Shown here in pieces: positions 1-9,300 of a DNA stretch of 64,000 nt (the stretch's first letter is position 1; every line of letters begins with the position of its first letter). The stretch covers positions 841 through 64,840 of the forward strand of contig CAZBFO010000005.1 of NCBI GenBank assembly GCA_964491475.1, written 5' to 3'. Made by a program: the position numbers and the translations under genes. This DNA is from an uncultured Gammaproteobacteria bacterium (GTDB taxonomy: Bacteria > Patescibacteriota > Patescibacteriia > SG8-24). Under the pieces are notes generated by a model. It searched no databases. It was not told the origin of the DNA and saw only the letters and a program-made list of their open reading frames with translations.

Positions 1-3000
1 AGCCGCCGGACACCGTGGAGTCGATGAAGATGCCCTGCGCCGCCGTGCCCGCACCTTGGCGGTCGAGCGAAAGCACCGCAGCGTTGGTGTCGGCAGTAAC
101 GCCGTCGTAAACGTGCGAGGCCTTGATGGTGCCGTGGCTGGTTTCGTGACCGGTGACCTCGAAAGCCGTGAAGGCGTTACTGGTGGACACGAAGTTGCCG
201 GCAGCGACGCTCGATGTCGAACCGCTGTAAGTCGCAGTGATGGTGTGGCCGGTGCCGTCGGCCGAAACCGAGATGCCGCCGCCGGTGCCGCCCGTAGCGT
301 TGATGTCGAGCGAGGTACCGGTGCCATCGTTGGAAATCGCCATCACGTTCTGGTCGTAGGAAGTGTTGTCTGCGCGCAGCGAAAGCAGGCGTGCACCCGA
401 AGTCGAAGCGCCGGCGTTCGAGTACACGACGATGCCGGAACCGAGGTTGCTGGTATTGTTGATCAACAGCGTTCCGCCGATCGAGGTCGAGGTCGAAGTG
501 TTGCCGGTCGGGGTCAGGCGCAAAGCCGCTCCAGTACCCGAGTTTGCGACATCGAGCGTCGTGCCGTTACCTGCATTGTTGATCTTGATGGCGCTCGACG
601 TGCCGTCGTTGTCGAGGCGCAGCACCGGACCGTCACCGGCGGAGTTGTCCTGCTTCATGAAGACGAGTCCGGCCGACGATTGGCCCGAACCGGCGTTCGT
701 GTAGAAGTTCACGCCGATGCCGAGGTTGTTGGTGTTGTCGACCAGAAGCGCGCCGCTCGAGGTGGCATTGCTGCCGGTGGCGCCGTTCTGCTGAATGTAG
801 ATGGCGTTACCGGTGCCGGCGTTGGTCACGGCGATTCCCCTGCCGTTGTTGGTGGTGTCGTTCTGCGTGAGCGTGATGCCGTTGCCGCCAAGGCCGTTGT
901 AGACGTTAAGCGTCTGCTTGCCGACCAGGCCGCTGCTGTACCGCGCGTTAATGAACGCGGTCGCGGTGCCGTTGTCAGTGATGTCCGTGGTGTTGCTGGA
1001 AATGGTCGCGCCCTCGACCGTCACGCGGGAAGCGCCAGAGTCGATCAAGAGACCGGTGGCGTTGCCCTCGATCCAGGAGTTCAACAGCGAGATGTTCTGC
1101 GAAGTGCCGTCGATGTGCACGCCGGTGATGCCCGTCGGCGAAGACGGCTCAAAGTCGGAACCGACCACCGTCAGGCCGCGAGTGTCGACGAGGTTAAGAC
1201 CCGTACCTGCGCCACCTGCCTTCGGGCGGCAGCGGACGTTGATCATGTGGTTGGCGTTGGCCTGGCTGCCGGAGTACTCGACGCAGCTGTTGTTGTCGAA
1301 CAGGCGGGCATCGGTGAGCGAGTTGTAATAAGTGGTGGCAGCGGTGTCCTGGTACAGTACGCCGAGGTTCCAATTTTCGATGCTGACCTTGCTCACCCAA
1401 GTGTAGGCGGCATTGGACATGTCGAACGCCGTACCGACGGCAGAACCGTTGGTGTTCAGCCAGCGTCCGCCGGTGATGGTCACCTGACCGATGCCCGAGG
1501 TCATCTGGATGAGCGGCGTGACGCTTGCGCCGTCGGCCTGAATGATGGCGCCGGCAGACATGAAGATCTGAATCTTCGAGTACGGGATGGTGATGGTGGA
1601 CGTTTCCGTGTAGGTGCCGTCCTTCACCCAGATGGAACAGCCGCTCGAAGGGCAAGCCGCGACCGCCGCTCCTAGCGTGGTGTAGTCGCCGCCGCTCGCG
1701 GCAACGACGTAAGTGTACGTCTTCGTTGCCGACCCGCCGGCACCGGCGATGGTTCCGGAACAGGACAGGTTGCCGTTGGTGCCATCAACGGTACAGCCGG
1801 TAGAACCGGAGCCGCCAGCGAGATTGACGCCGGCCGAACCGACCGCGCCGCCGACGTTCACCGTGGTGGCGTTGGTGTTGAAGACGCTGGCAGTACCAGT
1901 CGAACTGGTCGCAACGCTCGGGCTGGCGCCGTTCAAGTTGAGCGCCGTCGCATTAGTAAGAGTGACGGTCGGGTTGGCGACGGTAAACGTGCCGGTGGAA
2001 GCGCCAAGGTTGAGGCTGGTCGCCGCGCCGCCGACGTTGAGCGTGGTTGCCGCGGTGTTCACCAGGTCAAAGCTTGTCGAGCCGGTGGTGAGCGAGGTGG
2101 TGATGGCCGGGCTGGTGCCGAAGACGGCCGCGCCGGAGCCGGTCTCGTCGGTGAGCGTGGCGGAGAGGGCGGCGGAGTTCTGCGAAGCGGTCAGGTTCGA
2201 GGAGCCGTCGGTGGTCACGAAGCGGCTGGCGGTGATGCCCGAGAAGGTGATCGTGCCGGAGCTCGAGATGCCCGTAATGTTCGACAGCGCACCGCCGTTG
2301 GAGAGGCGCTGGGTGCCGCCGGTCTGCAAGTCACCGTTCGAGAGGTTGATGGTGCCGTTGGCCAGCGTCATCGTGCCCGTCGAGGCGCCGATGCTGACGG
2401 TGGTCGCCGCGCCGCCGATGTTGAGCGTCGTCGCGGTCGAATTGAACAGCGTAGCGCTCGTCTGGCTGGTGGTGAGGTCGCCGCCGTTCAGTGCCAAGTC
2501 GCTGGTCATGGTCACGTCGCCGGTGTCGGCGATGCGCATGCGCTCGGTGCGAGTGGTGGTGCCGTTTGTGGTGGTCTCGAAGGTGAGGTAGGTGCCGTTG
2601 GCACTGGTCGTGAAGTTTTCACCCGCCTTGAAGATGATCGCCGCATTGCTCAACGAGGTAAATGCGGACCCGTTGTAGCCCTTGGCATTAAAGGTGAAAA
2701 GCGTGTCGTTGGCGTTCACCGCGGTCGGCGAACCGACGCTGCCGCGAGCGCGGCGGGCAGTCAGGTTTGCGGCAACGGAATTGCCGTAAGCGTCAATCGT
2801 CTCCTGTACCGGATCAGTGCTGCCGACAATCTGGAAATTGGAGCTCGGAGAGGTGGTGCCGAGACCGAGGCGATTATTCGTGTCGTCCCAGTAGAAGTTG
2901 GCGTTGTCCTGGCCCAGGTTTCCGCTGGCGTCGGCGAACAGCACCGAACCCGCAGTCGCGGAAGTGATGGAATCTCCGATGGAAACTCCGCTGCCCGACG

Positions 3001-5995
3001 TAATGCAGTCCGTCCAGGCGCCGTTCTGGTAGCAGCGGAACTTATTGGAGGTGGTGTTGTAGTACACCAAGCCCGCCGAACCGGTCGGATCGGAAGAAAG
3101 GTTTGCGAACTGCAGCGGACCGCTCAACTGATTGTTCGAAGAGCTGGTGGAAACGATCGGGCCGGTGGCCGTGACGCCGCCGCCGAAGGTGACGGCTTGG
3201 CCGCTGGTCGCGTTGATGGCCAGCGCGCCGACCGATTCGATCTTGCCGTCGGAGTAATAAGTGGAACCGTTGCCGGCGACGACGCCGTCGATGAAGTAGC
3301 CGCGGCCGAAGCGGTTTGCCAGCGCCTGCGCGGTGTCGGTGCCGCCGACTTCCGGAACGTGAACTTCGGTCACCACGTCGGTGCTGGACCAGTCGAGCGC
3401 GGGGCTGATGGTCAGCGTGTCGCCGGTGACTGCCGTAATCTTGGCGTAGCAGGGATTGGAGACGCAGGTAGCCGAAGCCACTTTGGCGTAGTTGCCGACG
3501 TCGAAGTTCGCGCCGTCGCCGGTCTGCACGTCGAGGCTCGTGGAAGCGGTGCCGGAGTTCGCCGCAGTCGACGCGCCGTCAAGCGTCGTGAAGGCGGTGA
3601 TGGCGTCGCCGGTCGCGTTGACGTTGAAGTTGGAGCTGGTACCGACGGAGAAGAGGTTGGTCGGGGCGTTGTTGCCGATGCCGAGCCGGGCGCTTCCTGC
3701 GTTCCAGTAGAAGTTGGCGTTGTCTTGGCCAAGGTTGCCGGAACCGTCAGCGAACAGCACCGAACCGGCCGTGGCGCCGGTAATCGAGTTGCCGATGACC
3801 ATGCCGCTGCCGGTGAGCGTCGAGCAGTCGGTCCACGAGCCGCCCGCGTAGCAGCGGAAGGTGTCGGAGGTCGTGTTGTAGTACATCATGCCGTTCGTTC
3901 CGGCCGGATCTGCAGACGCCGTGCCGATGGTCAGCTTGGTGCCGGCACCGAAGACGAGATCGCCCGCCAAGTAGCTGCTGCGAGTGGACGCGCTGTAGAT
4001 TGCGCGATCGCCGGACGGGTTGGTGGTCGTGCCGATGAGCAAGTCGGTATTGTTGGTCGCTCCTGTCATCTCTTCGATGAGCACGCCCGCACGGTTCGTC
4101 ATGGTACCGACGGCAGAAATGGTGTTACCGGCAACGATGGCGCGGCTGCTGGTGATCGTTCCGGAGACATTGTTGGAAACGCCGGCATAGAAGGCAATCG
4201 CTTCACTGACCGTTCCGGTCGATGCGTTGCTTACCTCTCCATCGAGGCCTATCATGCGGTTCACGGTGCCGGTACCGTTGTGTTGAGCGTAGCTAAGGCT
4301 GCCGAGAATGGAGTTCGTCGCGGTGAAGTTCCTGCTGTTGCCCGACAGGGTTGCGATGTAGTTGTATCCGCCAAAGTACTGCGAAGAAGTATCAGCCGTA
4401 GGATCAAGCTCGAAGTTCTGGTACACGAGCGTCGCGCCAGTGGTGTCGGTGGTGCGGTGGGTGACGTTCAAAATCGACGTCGAGTCGTAGCCGGGCACCT
4501 GATTGCCGATCGTCGCGTAACCGCGAACGTCCAGAAGAGCGCTCGGAGTGCTCGTGCCGATGCCGACATCGCCCGCAAAGTAAGACTTCGCGCCGCCGCT
4601 GCTGTAAATGGAGTAGTTGTTAGCTCCGGTCGTGGTCTGATCGATGGCCAATCCCTTGTTGTTGGTTCCGGCGGACTGGTCGCTGACATGTACGCCCTCG
4701 ACGTCGGTGATGGTACCGCCACCGGTGTTGGTGATGGTGTCTGCCCAGATGCCGCGAGCGGTGCCGAGCGTGCTGGTGCCCTGGTTGCCGACGAACGTAT
4801 ACAGGCCGTAGGCGCTGTTCAGATTGCCGGTCGAGTTGAGAAACACCTCGCCGTCGAGAGCAGCGACCTTGGCGTTGGTGTATGACGTCGAGTTCTGGAC
4901 CGTGACGTAGCCGCTCACGGCAGCGTTCGTCGTGGTCGTGTTAGCCATGTTGTCTGCCTTGAGCCAGCCGAGAAGCGTGCCGTGATCTGCCGAAGCATTG
5001 GTCTCGGAGGCGAAGACGTTCGCGTCGTTGTAGCTGGCTGTGTTGTAGCCGCCGAGGTCGGTGAAGTTCGACGGGCCGGCCCAAACGTCGTAGTTGTACG
5101 TGCCGCCGGTCGCCTTGTTGATGCGAAGCGCGTAGTTCCTTGCGCCGGAACCGTTCCACGTGCCCGTAGAAGTCAGCTCGAGGCCCGCCTTGTTAACCGA
5201 TGCGGTGGACGAGGTGGTGGTGTTGGAGAGCAGCGTGCCGCTGAACGAGGCAGTTTTCGCGCCGGTGCTGCTGACCTCCAGCGTGGAAGTCGGCGTCGCC
5301 GTTCCGATACCGATCATGTTGGCAGCCGAATCCAGCACGAAGGTCGTCGTGTCGAACGTAACGTCCTTGGTGAGCGTGAAGTTGCCGGAAGCGTCGGTGA
5401 CCGGCACGAATGCATTGGAACCGCCGGCGTTCGAAGTCTCGAGGTCGTCGAGCTTGTCGGCGTTCATGGCATAACCGGCCGCCACGATGCGCTTGCGGGG
5501 TGTCATTTCTGCGTCGGTGTTGACGGTGACGCCCAGGTACATGACCGGATTGTTGAAAAGTGCGGCTGGCATCGCTGCGGGGCTGCCGGAAGTGCAAACG
5601 AGAGGGGTGGTAACGTCGCCCATCAAAACGGTGGTGGTGCCACCGACGAATGCCGCAGTCACTGCCGTGGGGGTGCTGGTGGGGTTGCCGTCGGTGGTGC
5701 ATGCAGAAAACAACTGCGTGCCACCGCTGGCCGAGTCGTAGACGGTCAGGTAGATGTCGTTGTTACCGTCAGCGACCGTGTTGCCAGCAAGATCGGTCAG
5801 TCGCATCTGGTAATTCAGAACGCGGTTCAGTTCCGGAGCCGAAGCGGCGAATGCCGTTGATACCGAGAACAGCGTCGCAAGGCCGGTAATGACCGTGATA
5901 ACGGCAAAAACAATCCGAGCAACATTGGCAAAAAATTGCTCAATGGAGCGGTTATTCTCGCGGCTCTTTCGGTCATGGTGCCTAATAGTAGCCAT
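1..5995 (-). CDS. Giant secreted/surface beta-helix (fibre-repeat) protein, 3'-partial (C-terminus lies beyond window start); paralogue of the 52985..60856 product
   Basis: Manual reverse-strand translation from ATG (complement of 5993-5995) gives MATIRHHDRKSRENNRSIEQFFANVARIVFAVITVITGLATLFSVSTAFAASAPELNRVLNYQMRLTDLAGNTVADGNNDIYLTVYDSASGGTQLFSACTT... This is clearly homologous to the N-terminus of the 2623-aa ORF (NRILNYQISLTD..., GGTQLFTAC, AEMTPRK, DDLDTSNAGGSNAFVPVTDASGNFTLTKDV). Frame continuity was checked at about 3060 (..VYYNTTSNKFRCYQNGAWTDC..) and about 915 (GNGITLTQND.. beta-helix-like repeats); all are in the same codon phase. No stop lies before the window edge, which explains its absence from the ORF track. 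The plus-strand ORFs 56..1675, 3197..4885 and 4982..5860 are codon-aligned antisense shadows. Confidence 0.6.
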   Translation of the reverse strand, partial: MATIRHHDRKSRENNRSIEQFFANVARIVFAVITVITGLATLFSVSTAFAASAPELNRVLNYQMRLTDLAGNTVADGNNDIYLTVYDSASGGTQLFSACTTDGNPTSTPTAVTAAFVGGTTTVLMGDVTTPLVCTSGSPAAMPAALFNNPVMYLGVTVNTDAEMTPRKRIVAAGYAMNADKLDDLETSNAGGSNAFVPVTDASGNFTLTKDVTFDTTTFVLDSAANMIGIGTATPTSTLEVSSTGAKTASFSGTLLSNTTTSSTASVNKAGLELTSTGTWNGSGARNYALRINKATGGTYNYDVWAGPSNFTDLGGYNTASYNDANVFASETNASADHGTLLGWLKADNMANTTTTNAAVSGYVTVQNSTSYTNAKVAALDGEVFLNSTGNLNSAYGLYTFVGNQGTSTLGTARGIWADTITNTGGGTITDVEGVHVSDQSAGTNNKGLAIDQTTTGANNYSIYSSGGAKSYFAGDVGIGTSTPSALLDVRGYATIGNQVPGYDSTSILNVTHRTTDTTGATLVYQNFELDPTADTSSQYFGGYNYIATLSGNSRNFTATNSILGSLSYAQHNGTGTVNRMIGLDGEVSNASTGTVSEAIAFYAGVSNNVSGTITSSRAIVAGNTISAVGTMTNRAGVLIEEMTGATNNTDLLIGTTTNPSGDRAIYSASTRSSYLAGDLVFGAGTKLTIGTASADPAGTNGMMYYNTTSDTFRCYAGGSWTDCSTLTGSGMVIGNSITGATAGSVLFADGSGNLGQDNANFYWNAGSARLGIGNNAPTNLFSVGTSSNFNVNATGDAITAFTTLDGASTAANSGTASTSLDVQTGDGANFDVGNYAKVASATCVSNPCYAKITAVTGDTLTISPALDWSSTDVVTEVHVPEVGGTDTAQALANRFGRGYFIDGVVAGNGSTYYSDGKIESVGALAINATSGQAVTFGGGVTATGPIVSTSSSNNQLSGPLQFANLSSDPTGSAGLVYYNTTSNKFRCYQNGAWTDCITSGSGVSIGDSITSATAGSVLFADASGNLGQDNANFYWDDTNNRLGLGTTSPSSNFQIVGSTDPVQETIDAYGNSVAANLTARRARGSVGSPTAVNANDTLFTFNAKGYNGSAFTSLSNAAIIFKAGENFTTSANGTYLTFETTTNGTTTRTERMRIADTGDVTMTSDLALNGGDLTTSQTSATLFNSTATTLNIGGAATTVSIGASTGTMTLANGTINLSNGDLQTGGTQRLSNGGALSNITGISSSGTITFSGITASRFVTTDGSSNLTASQNSAALSATLTDETGSGAAVFGTSPAITTSLTTGSTSFDLVNTAATTLNVGGAATSLNLGASTGTFTVANPTVTLTNATALNLNGASPSVATSSTGTASVFNTNATTVNVGGAVGSAGVNLAGGSGSTGCTVDGTNGNLSCSGTIAGAGGSATKTYTYVVAASGGDYTTLGAAVAACPSSGCSIWVKDGTYTETSTITIPYSKIQIFMSAGAIIQADGASVTPLIQMTSGIGQVTITGGRWLNTNGSAVGTAFDMSNAAYTWVSKVSIENWNLGVLYQDTAATTYYNSLTDARLFDNNSCVEYSGSQANANHMINVRCRPKAGGAGTGLNLVDTRGLTVVGSDFEPSSPTGITGVHIDGTSQNISLLNSWIEGNATGLLIDSGASRVTVEGATISSNTTDITDNGTATAFINARYSSGLVGKQTLNVYNGLGGNGITLTQNDTTNNGRGIAVTNAGTGNAIYIQQNGATGSNATSSGALLVDNTNNLGIGVNFYTNAGSGQSSAGLVFMKQDNSAGDGPVLRLDNDGTSSAIKINNAGNGTTLDVANSGTGAALRLTPTGNTSTSTSIGGTLLINNTSNLGSGIVVYSNAGASTSGARLLSLRADNTSYDQNVMAISNDGTGTSLDINATGGTGGGISVSADGTGHTITATYSGSTSSVAAGNFVSTSNAFTAFEVTGHETSHGTIKASHVYDGVTADTNAAVLSLDRQGAGTAAQGIFIDSTVSGG

Positions 5996-6172
5996 CTTTT
6001 TTGCGACAAATACCCGAGGCTCTAGAAAAATAGCTATAAATAGCCCTATTCTAGGCCTTGTACCATTTTACCATTTTTTGGCACGCTTCTCAACGGCAAT
6101 GAGCCACTTTTTGAGCTCATTTATGCTGCTGGGTTGAGCCAAATACTGGTACTGGTGTGGAAGATTTTTTAT

Positions 6173-6246
6173 TTGTCCACAAGCTCACTATCTTCTGGGA
6201 AGCATAAACCTACTGCTCCTGTGGATAGTTTAAGCCATGTGGACAT
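6173..6246. promoter_or_regulatory. DnaA-box-like motifs upstream of the partial giant gene (minus strand); shares TTTATTTGTCCACA(A)GC with the region upstream of its paralogue
   Basis: TTGTCCACA 6173-6181, TGTGGATAG 6220-6228, TGTGGACAT 6238-6246. Compare 6166-6186 (ttttttatttgtccacaagc) with 52850-52872 (cactttatttgtccacagcaag). Confidence 0.45.
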
Positions 6247-6256
6247 TTGTTCCCTC

Positions 6257-6299
6257 CACGCCTCGTTGCCAAAAAAACACGCTTTGGCAACGAGGCGTG
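6257..6299. terminator. Strong hairpin terminator between the two giant minus-strand genes
   Basis: cacgcctcgttgccaaa-aaaacacgc-tttggcaacgaggcgtg, 17-bp perfect stem. Confidence 0.65.
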
Positions 6300-6335
6300 T
6301 CCCCGATTTTCATCGGGAAACGCTTAATTCAGGCT

Positions 6336-9300
6336 TTATTCTGTCTTCTTCTCTTCAGGATGCGCCTGATCGGCATCGGGCAACAAGCGACCATTCTGGG
6401 CTCCAGAAGCCTCGTCCTTGAGTTCCTTTAGCAGTTCGGCGGCGGATTCATGCTTTATGACGGGAGTAGGCGCAGCTTTGTCCACGCTTGTTTGGACATT
6501 TGAGTCTTTCTTCGGTATCTCTCCCGGCTTCGGCATAACCTTAATGCCGTCATCGCCAGTCGTGGGCGGAGACGCTTCCGGTTTGCTGCCAGTGGTCATT
6601 TTCTTCAGGCGCGCGAGCATCTTTGCCTCATAGGACTCGCCTTCTGCCACGGGCTCTGCCTTTGGCATTTCTGGTTGCGCGGCTGCAGGTGCTACGGGTG
6701 ACGGGACTGCGGCTGCAGGCGCCGCCGGAGCCGGTGCGACCGGCGGTGCGATAGGAGTCTCGATGGACTTTACCGGTGTACGGAGAGCCAACCCAGCCGG
6801 CTGGGGCGGCATGGCCGGCAGTGACGTCGAAATGCGCTCACCGCCGTCCGTTGGCGGCCCTGAAGGCGTGCCCGGATCCGCCGAAGGCACGGCTGGCGGC
6901 TTTACGACCGCTCCCGCCGCTGGCGTAGCTCCCCCTTCCGTTCGCGGCAGGTGCACGTCCACGGCGACCACATGCATGCCCTTCTCCTTGGTGTCGATCA
7001 GGTTGACCGGACCCTTCTGCTGCTTCTGGTAGCCGGGCTTCTCGAAAGTCACGTAGTAGGTGTTCTGACCCACCAAGAACGCGTAGCGCCCGCGGACGTC
7101 GGTTACCTGCGTCTCGAGCAGCTTGTTGAAGCGGGTGTCGAAGATGCGCGCCACCACGTTGGAGAGCGGCTTCTTGGACTTGTCGTCGTAAACGATGCCC
7201 CAGTTCTTCGGCTTGCGCGTAATGGACAGGCGGCGGAACAGCAGGTACATGATGACGTTTGCCCCGAACATCGCGAACATGGTCGGCGTCGGCGAAAGCG
7301 CCGTCGCCACGGCCATGGCGAGAATGGTGATGACGCCGAGGCTCTTCTGCAGGCGGCGGGCAATGCCCTCGAGCAGGATCCTGCGCGGCGTCTTTTCGAC
7401 GCTTACCGGATCGAGCGGGACGTTGGCCGTGATCGTGGTCTCCTTGGTGACCTCGATGATTTCGCCGTGATACAGGTCGATGAACTTGGCGTCTTCCTTC
7501 ATTCCGCGCAGCACGTCTGACGGGAAAACGTACGAGGTCTTCACGGCAATCATCTTGTACGTGCCGGCCTGCACGATGAAGAAGTAGCGGCCGTCCTTGT
7601 CGGTAACGGCGGAGCGCACCACGCGGCCCGTCTTGGCATCAAGCAAGCGGACGATTGCCAGGTCGATGGGCAACTTGGAGAGCGAGTTGTAGACCACGCC
7701 CCACTGCTTGCGGCGCCGGCGGGCAATGAGCATGAACGGATGTGCCAGCAAGCTCCACAGGTACAGCAGGTACGGCACCACCGTCGCGGTGGCCACGCCG
7801 GCCGCAGCGACGTTCGCCACGGTCGCAACCGTCGCCGCGGGCGCGGCGATGTCCTGCGCGTTCTGCTTCACGTAGGCGTTGCCGGCGAAATCCGCTACGG
7901 CGTCGGCGGCGATCTTCGCGGCAAAACTGACGTTGGCGATGACGTCGTCTTTCGGCGGCAGCTTGATCAGCTTCACGTCGTTGCGCAGCACGTTCTCCGT
8001 GGCAAGCGGGAACGGAAGCGTGGTCTTCGTCGCGTATTCGTCGCGTTCGACGATCAGCTTGTACGAACCGATGGGCAGGATGTAGCCAAAGCGGCCGTCG
8101 GCGTCGGTAATCTGGGGGTTCTGCTGGCTCGAAGTGCCGCCGTCCCACAAGCCGAAGTTGCCGCCGCCGTTGTCGATCATCAGCGTCACGCGAGCGCCTG
8201 CCAGCGGAGCGTTTCCGTTATCGTCAAGCACGCGCGGTCGCGGCACGGTGCGCACGATGAAGTGCACGCTGTCGGAACCGCCGTCCTTGTACTTGACGAT
8301 GACGTCCATCGGATAGTCGGCGCTGGTCGAGGGCGTGGTCACCGTGGCTTCATAGCTGGCCGTCTGCCGCATCACGTAGCCGGCGTTATTGAAGTTGATG
8401 AAGGCGCTGTCGATCTCGTGCTTGATCGAAGGATCGGGAATCATCACGGTGAACACCGACGAGCTGTAGTAATTCAGCACGCCGCCCTGCATGCGCAGCT
8501 GGATCTTTCCCGAGGTGGCGAAGTAGCGCAGAGCGTCCGGAGTCAGCTTGATGTCCGAGCTGACCGTCGGCTTCGGCACCTCGACCGGAGGCTCCTGCGG
8601 AACGATCGGGCAGTCCGCCGGGCAGTTCAGCGAGTTCTCCTCGCCGGCGCAGATGCCGTTGCCGCATATCTCGGTGCTGGGCGGCGCGTTCGACGGGACG
8701 CACTTGCCGGCCGAGCACTTGAAGCCGCCGCCGCAGGCATGCGTCTCGGTCTGGTGCTGGTTGGCTTCGTCGCAGTAGCGCTCGAGCAGGGTGGCTTCAT
8801 CGGCGCACGAGTCGGTCTCGGTCTGACCGCCGTTGAAGCTGACCGTGCCCTGCAGGTCGTAATTCTTGCCGCCGTCGCTGTCGCTGCACGACGGTCCGAC
8901 CGGCGGAGGAAGGTTCGCCAAGGGAGTGGCGTCGTCGAACGCGCCTGACGCGTAGTTCAGCACGTTATCGTAGGCGAAGGCGCCGTAGTAGTACTTGGTG
9001 CCGTTGGTGACGCCGTTGTCCATTTTGTTGTCGCCGATGCCGTCGAATACGACGGTGCCGTCGTTCGGACCGCTCGGGTTGCTTCCCGTCTTGCGCACCA
9101 CGCGCGTGCCGGCCCAATCGGCATCGCTCGGATTGTGCCAGGTCAGCTGCACTTGCGCGTCGCCGGCGGTCGCCGTCAGCAGCGTCACCGGACCCGGCGG
9201 CACGTGGTCTCCGCCCGCGGGAGTCGCCTGCGCCTGCGCAGGCGTCGAATAATTCGGCACCGCGTCGTAGGCGTAGAGCGTGTAGAAGTAGAGCGTGCCG

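Noticed and set aside
56-5860. Long plus-strand ORFs 56..1675, 1713..2591, 3197..4885 and 4982..5860 (up to 562 aa)
   Set aside because: Gly/Val/Ala/Arg/Asp-rich with no family resemblance. They are codon-aligned antisense shadows of the minus-strand giant gene, whose translation is clearly homologous to the 2623-aa protein.
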